The position numbers and the translations under genes were made by a program. A stretch of DNA of 62,661 nt, the filler included. It is 3 parts of 3 records of this genome, joined end to end, with 100 filler letters (N's around TTAATTAATTAA, not from the genome) between each part and the next. Parts side by side here need not be neighbours in the genome. Positions count along the whole stretch, not along the records: positions 52,714 to 62,661 come from SRR20825019_712; 2 more parts are not named here. One strand, given 5' to 3'. Positions 59,241 to 62,661 of the stretch are shown here, one piece after another (positions within the stretch are counted from its first letter, which is position 1; each line of letters starts with the position of its first letter). Under the pieces are notes generated by a model. It saw only the letters and a program-made list of their open reading frames with translations. It did no database searches and had not been told where the DNA came from.

Positions 59241-61442
59241 TCAGCCGACGGCTTTCCTGCCCGAAACATCGGCATGTCTGACAAGTTTGCCGACGACATT
59301 TTCGATGATGCGCATGCCGGCATCGCCGCCAAGGGTCATGATCGATTCAGGGTGGAACTGAACGGCGGCTACCGGTTCGCTGACATGTTCGATGCCCATG
59401 ATGATGCCGTCATCGGTCTCGGCGGAAATGGTAAAATCGGTCGGCAGCGCCACCGCATCGGCGAAGATCGAATGGTAGCGGCCGACGGTGATCTCGTTTG
59501 GCAGACCATCGAAAAGACGGCCATGTTCAAGGATACGAATGCGCGAGGGCTTGCCATGCATCGGCACGGCCAGTTGCCGCAGCGTGCCGCCATAGGCTTC
59601 CGCCAGCGCCTGCAATCCGAGGCAGACACCGAAGATCGGCAGACCGCGGGCCCGCGCCTTCCTGATCGTCGCCTTGCAGTCGAAGTCCTTCGGCATTCCG
59701 GGTCCGGGCGACAGGACCACGAGATCGGGCGCAACCCGGTCGAACGTCTCGTCGGCCACCGGCGACCTGACGGTCGCGACCTCAGCGCCGGTCTGGCGGA
59801 AATAATTGGCGAGCGTGTGCACGAAACTGTCTTCGTGATCGACCAGCAGGATCTTCAAACCCTTGCCGACCTTTTCGACGGTGCGCACGGCGGGCGCGCG
59901 TTTCTCCGCGTCCGCCTCGCGGATCGCGGCCAGCATGGCTGAAGCCTTCAATTCGGTCTCCGCTTCTTCCTCATGGGGATCGGAATCGTAAAGCAGGGTC
60001 GCCCCGGCGCGCACCTCGGCCACGCCCTGCTTGACCCTGATGGTGCGCAATGTCAGCCCGGTATTCATGTCGCCGTTGAAGCCGACCATGCCGATCGCAC
60101 CGCCATACCAGGCGCGCGGGCTCTTCTCGTTGCTCTCGATGAAGCGCATCGCCCAGAGCTTCGGCGCGCCGGTGACGGTGACCGCCCAGGCGTGGCTCAG
60201 GAAGGCGTCGAAGGCATCCATTCCTTCCCTGAGCCGACCCTCGATATGGTCGACGGTGTGGATCAGCCGCGAATACATCTCGATCTGACGCCGCCCGATG
60301 ACCTTGACGGAACCCGGTTCGCAGACGCGGCTCTTGTCGTTGCGGTCGACATCCGAGCACATCGTCAGTTCGGATTCGTCCTTCTGCGAATTCAGAAGCT
60401 TCAAAATCTGCTGGCTGTCGGCAATCGGATCCTCGCCGCGCTTGATGGTGCCGGAAATCGGGCAGGTCTCGACCCGGCGGCCGGTGATGCGCACGAACAT
60501 TTCCGGAGAAGCGCCGATCAGATATTCCTGATTGCCGAGATTGATGAAGAACGAATAGGGCGACGGATTGGTGGCCTTCAGCCGTTTCGAAATCGCCGAG
60601 GGCTGGCTTCCGCAGCGTTCCATGAACTGCTGGCCCGGCACCACCTCGAACAGGTCGCCGCGCACGAAACTTTCCTTGGCCCGGGTCACGAGTTCGGCAT
60701 ATTCGCCCTTGTGGTGATCGCCTTTCGGCGGAACGCTGTTGGAGGGACGGAACGGATCGGGCTCGATCGCGCCATCCCTGCCATCGGTCGTGACACCGTC
60801 TTTCTCGAAATCATAGCGGTCGATCCACGCCTTGGCGGCGTGGTTGTCGACCATCAGCACCTCGTCGGGCAGAAACAGCACCATGTCGCGCTGGTCCTGC
60901 GGACGTTCGAGCTTCAGCGCGACGGCGTCGAACTGGAAGGCAAGGTCGTAGCCGAAGGCGCCGTAAAGGCCGAGGCTCGCGTCCTCCTCCGAATGGAACA
61001 GATCGGCGATCGCGCGCAGCACGGTGAAAACGGTCGGCGCCTTCGAGCGCTCCTCCTCGGTGAACTGGCGATCGGGCTCGGCCACCTTGAGATCGATGCG
61101 ACGGGTCTCGCGGGACAACACGGTGACGGCTTCCAGCGTTTCCAGCGCCGGCAGCATCAGGTCGAGCAGCGCCTCCCCCCGACCGTTGAAGGCTTCGAGC
61201 CAGACATTGCGGCCATTGCAGGAGATCGCGACCGGCGGATCGATGACGGCGGTATCCCAGCGGGTATAGCGGCCCGGATATTCGTAGTTGGAGGAAAGCA
61301 CCGCCCCGCGGCGTGAATCGAGGCGCTCGATATAACTCGAAATCGCGTCGTCATAGGGCACGAACCGCCGTGTGCGGGTAATTGTCACGCCGCCTCGGGT
61401 CAGATAGCTCTCGCCGCCATCGGGCCGTTCATGAAGGCTCAT
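59241..61442 (-). CDS. trpE: Fused anthranilate synthase TrpE(G)
   Basis: [29 protein letters not shown], then a GATase domain (DHEDSF, GVCLG, QFHPES). Confidence 0.96.
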   Translation of the reverse strand: MSLHERPDGGESYLTRGGVTITRTRRFVPYDDAISSYIERLDSRRGAVLSSNYEYPGRYTRWDTAVIDPPVAISCNGRNVWLEAFNGRGEALLDLMLPALETLEAVTVLSRETRRIDLKVAEPDRQFTEEERSKAPTVFTVLRAIADLFHSEEDASLGLYGAFGYDLAFQFDAVALKLERPQDQRDMVLFLPDEVLMVDNHAAKAWIDRYDFEKDGVTTDGRDGAIEPDPFRPSNSVPPKGDHHKGEYAELVTRAKESFVRGDLFEVVPGQQFMERCGSQPSAISKRLKATNPSPYSFFINLGNQEYLIGASPEMFVRITGRRVETCPISGTIKRGEDPIADSQQILKLLNSQKDESELTMCSDVDRNDKSRVCEPGSVKVIGRRQIEMYSRLIHTVDHIEGRLREGMDAFDAFLSHAWAVTVTGAPKLWAMRFIESNEKSPRAWYGGAIGMVGFNGDMNTGLTLRTIRVKQGVAEVRAGATLLYDSDPHEEEAETELKASAMLAAIREADAEKRAPAVRTVEKVGKGLKILLVDHEDSFVHTLANYFRQTGAEVATVRSPVADETFDRVAPDLVVLSPGPGMPKDFDCKATIRKARARGLPIFGVCLGLQALAEAYGGTLRQLAVPMHGKPSRIRILEHGRLFDGLPNEITVGRYHSIFADAVALPTDFTISAETDDGIIMGIEHVSEPVAAVQFHPESIMTLGGDAGMRIIENVVGKLVRHADVSGRKAVG

Positions 61443-61520
61443 TTTCCTGCTCCACCTCGGTAATGCGGTGTTTTTTCCGCATTCTGGTCATTGTAAGCCC
61501 TTGCAAAGACGGCGCCCAAC

Positions 61521-61549
61521 AAAAAAGCCGCCTCGTTTGAGGGCGGCTT
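61521..61549 (-). terminator. trp attenuator terminator
   Basis: Minus strand AAGCCGCCC-tcaaacg-AGGCGGCTTTTTT, downstream of the leader ORF. Confidence 0.9.
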
Positions 61550-61586
61550 CGTCAGATCAACTGAACATACGTGATCGCGGCCGCCG

Positions 61587-61634
61587 TTAGCGAGCCCACC
61601 ACCAGTTTGCAATGTTGTTCATCTTGATCGTCAT
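61587..61634 (-). CDS. trpL: Trp leader peptide MTIKMNNIANWWWAR
   Basis: Three consecutive TGG codons upstream of the attenuator and trpE(G); too short for the ORF track. Confidence 0.93.
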   Translation of the reverse strand: MTIKMNNIANWWWAR

Positions 61635-61640
61635 GCTGGT

Positions 61641-61669
61641 TTTGTACCGTAACCGCAAAGCGCTGGCAA
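61641..61669 (-). promoter_or_regulatory. Sigma70 promoter giving a leaderless trpL mRNA
   Basis: TTGCCA-N17-TACAAA, 6 nt before the ATG; no SD. Confidence 0.75.
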
Positions 61670-61722
61670 GCGTGGATTGCGAAGCCGACACTGCGGCTTC
61701 GTCAACGTTCAGGCGCGGCTCG

Positions 61723-62661
61723 TCAGGCGAGCCTGCCATGGCAGTGCTTGAACTTCAGGCCAGAACCGCAGGGACACGGCTCGTTGCGGCCGGTGTTTTT
61801 CCATTCGTCGGGCATGGTCGCGGCGTCACCCGAGGCAACCTGCTCGCCGGCCATCTCGTCTTCGCCGGTAGAGGGATCGATATGGCTGGCGCGCACCTGC
61901 GCAGGGTTGATCTCCTGGCGCGGCGGCTGGGCCTCGCGCACGAGCTGGACGCGCGAAAGCTGCGAGACCGCGACTTCGCGCATACTGCCAAGCAAGACCC
62001 TGAAAAGCTCGAATGCCTCGGCCTTGTATTCCTGCAGCGGATCGCGCTGGGCATAGCCGCGGAAGCCGATGACGGACCGCAGATGGTCGAGATTGACGAT
62101 ATGCTCGCGCCACAGATGGTCAAGCGCCTGCATGGTGACCTGGCGCTCGACATATTTCAGCACGTCCGGCCCGAACTGTTCGGCCTGTTTGGCGCGGTTG
62201 ACTTCGACCTGCCTGGCGGCCTCGTTGATTCGCTCTTCGATTTCCGGCTCGGCAATGCCGTCTTCCTCGGCCCATTTTTCAATCGGCAGGTCGAGGTTGA
62301 GGATGCGCAGGCAATCTTCCTTGAGGCCGGCGACATCCCACTGCTCGGCATAGGCGCGCTCGGGAATGCGGGCCTTGACGGCCTTTTCGACCACTTCCTC
62401 GCGCATTTCCCTGGCGATTTCGGAAATTTCCTCCGAATCCATCAGCTCCTTGCGCTGGTCGAACACGACCTTGCGCTGGTCGTTGATGACGTCGTCGTAT
62501 TTCAGAAGGTTCTTACGAATATCGAAGTTGCGGGCCTCGACCTTCTTCTGCGCGCGTTCCAGCGCCTTGTTGATCCACGGATGGACGATCGCCTCACCTT
62601 CCTTCAGGCCGAGCTTGGTGAGCATGCTCTCCATCCGGTCGGAGCCGAAGATGCGCATCAG
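61723..62661 (-). CDS. secA: Preprotein translocase SecA, C-terminal part
   Basis: [37 protein letters not shown] motif [17 protein letters not shown]. Confidence 0.97.
   Translation of the reverse strand: MMRIFGSDRMESMLTKLGLKEGEAIVHPWINKALERAQKKVEARNFDIRKNLLKYDDVINDQRKVVFDQRKELMDSEEISEIAREMREEVVEKAVKARIPERAYAEQWDVAGLKEDCLRILNLDLPIEKWAEEDGIAEPEIEERINEAARQVEVNRAKQAEQFGPDVLKYVERQVTMQALDHLWREHIVNLDHLRSVIGFRGYAQRDPLQEYKAEAFELFRVLLGSMREVAVSQLSRVQLVREAQPPRQEINPAQVRASHIDPSTGEDEMAGEQVASGDAATMPDEWKNTGRNEPCPCGSGLKFKHCHGRLA

Overview
The window is not one locus. It is three unrelated bacterial contigs joined by 100-nt artificial spacers (44 N + TTAATTAATTAA + 44 N at 26731-26830 and 52614-52713). Contig A (1-26730) is gammaproteobacterial (Methylophaga-like is my inference). 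It carries a Pho-box-controlled phosphate cluster (pit-phoB-phoR-pstS-pstC-pstA), dsbD-aroQ-accBC-prmA-dusB-fis-purH, a full-length class I adenylate cyclase homologue that has lost its catalytic motif, argC-DUF6776-bactofilin-erpA, DUF2254 and a TetR-RND efflux operon. Contig B (26831-52613) is a high-GC alphaproteobacterium (Rhodospirillales-like, inferred). It carries class II DAHP synthase, gor, a Tat-exported multicopper oxidase, glmU-glmS followed by a diaminopropionate ammonia-lyase/M24/racemase/SSADH catabolic run, gph and tRNA-Val(CAC). After the tRNA comes an accessory stretch: cbpAM, cyclase, DMT, csp, xylX-xylA, paiB, two CxxC glycine-zipper lipoproteins with EcfG-type promoters, a candidate C-loop sRNA, an EF-hand protein and a SnoaL/HxlR divergon. 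Contig C (52714-62661) is Rhizobiales-like: dxs-tlyA-rlmD, BA14K, a second SnoaL/HxlR divergon, clpP, a CDF transporter, fused trpE(G) with its leaderless trpL attenuator, and secA. I saw no CRISPR array, integrase, transposase, prophage or rRNA. The best candidates for undescribed biology are the pseudo-adenylate cyclase, the DAP-lyase catabolic operon, the recurring SnoaL-HxlR cassette with tandem operators inside the gene, and the stress-sigma lipoprotein pair with its candidate sRNA. All protein calls come from motif recognition by eye; no database search was run.
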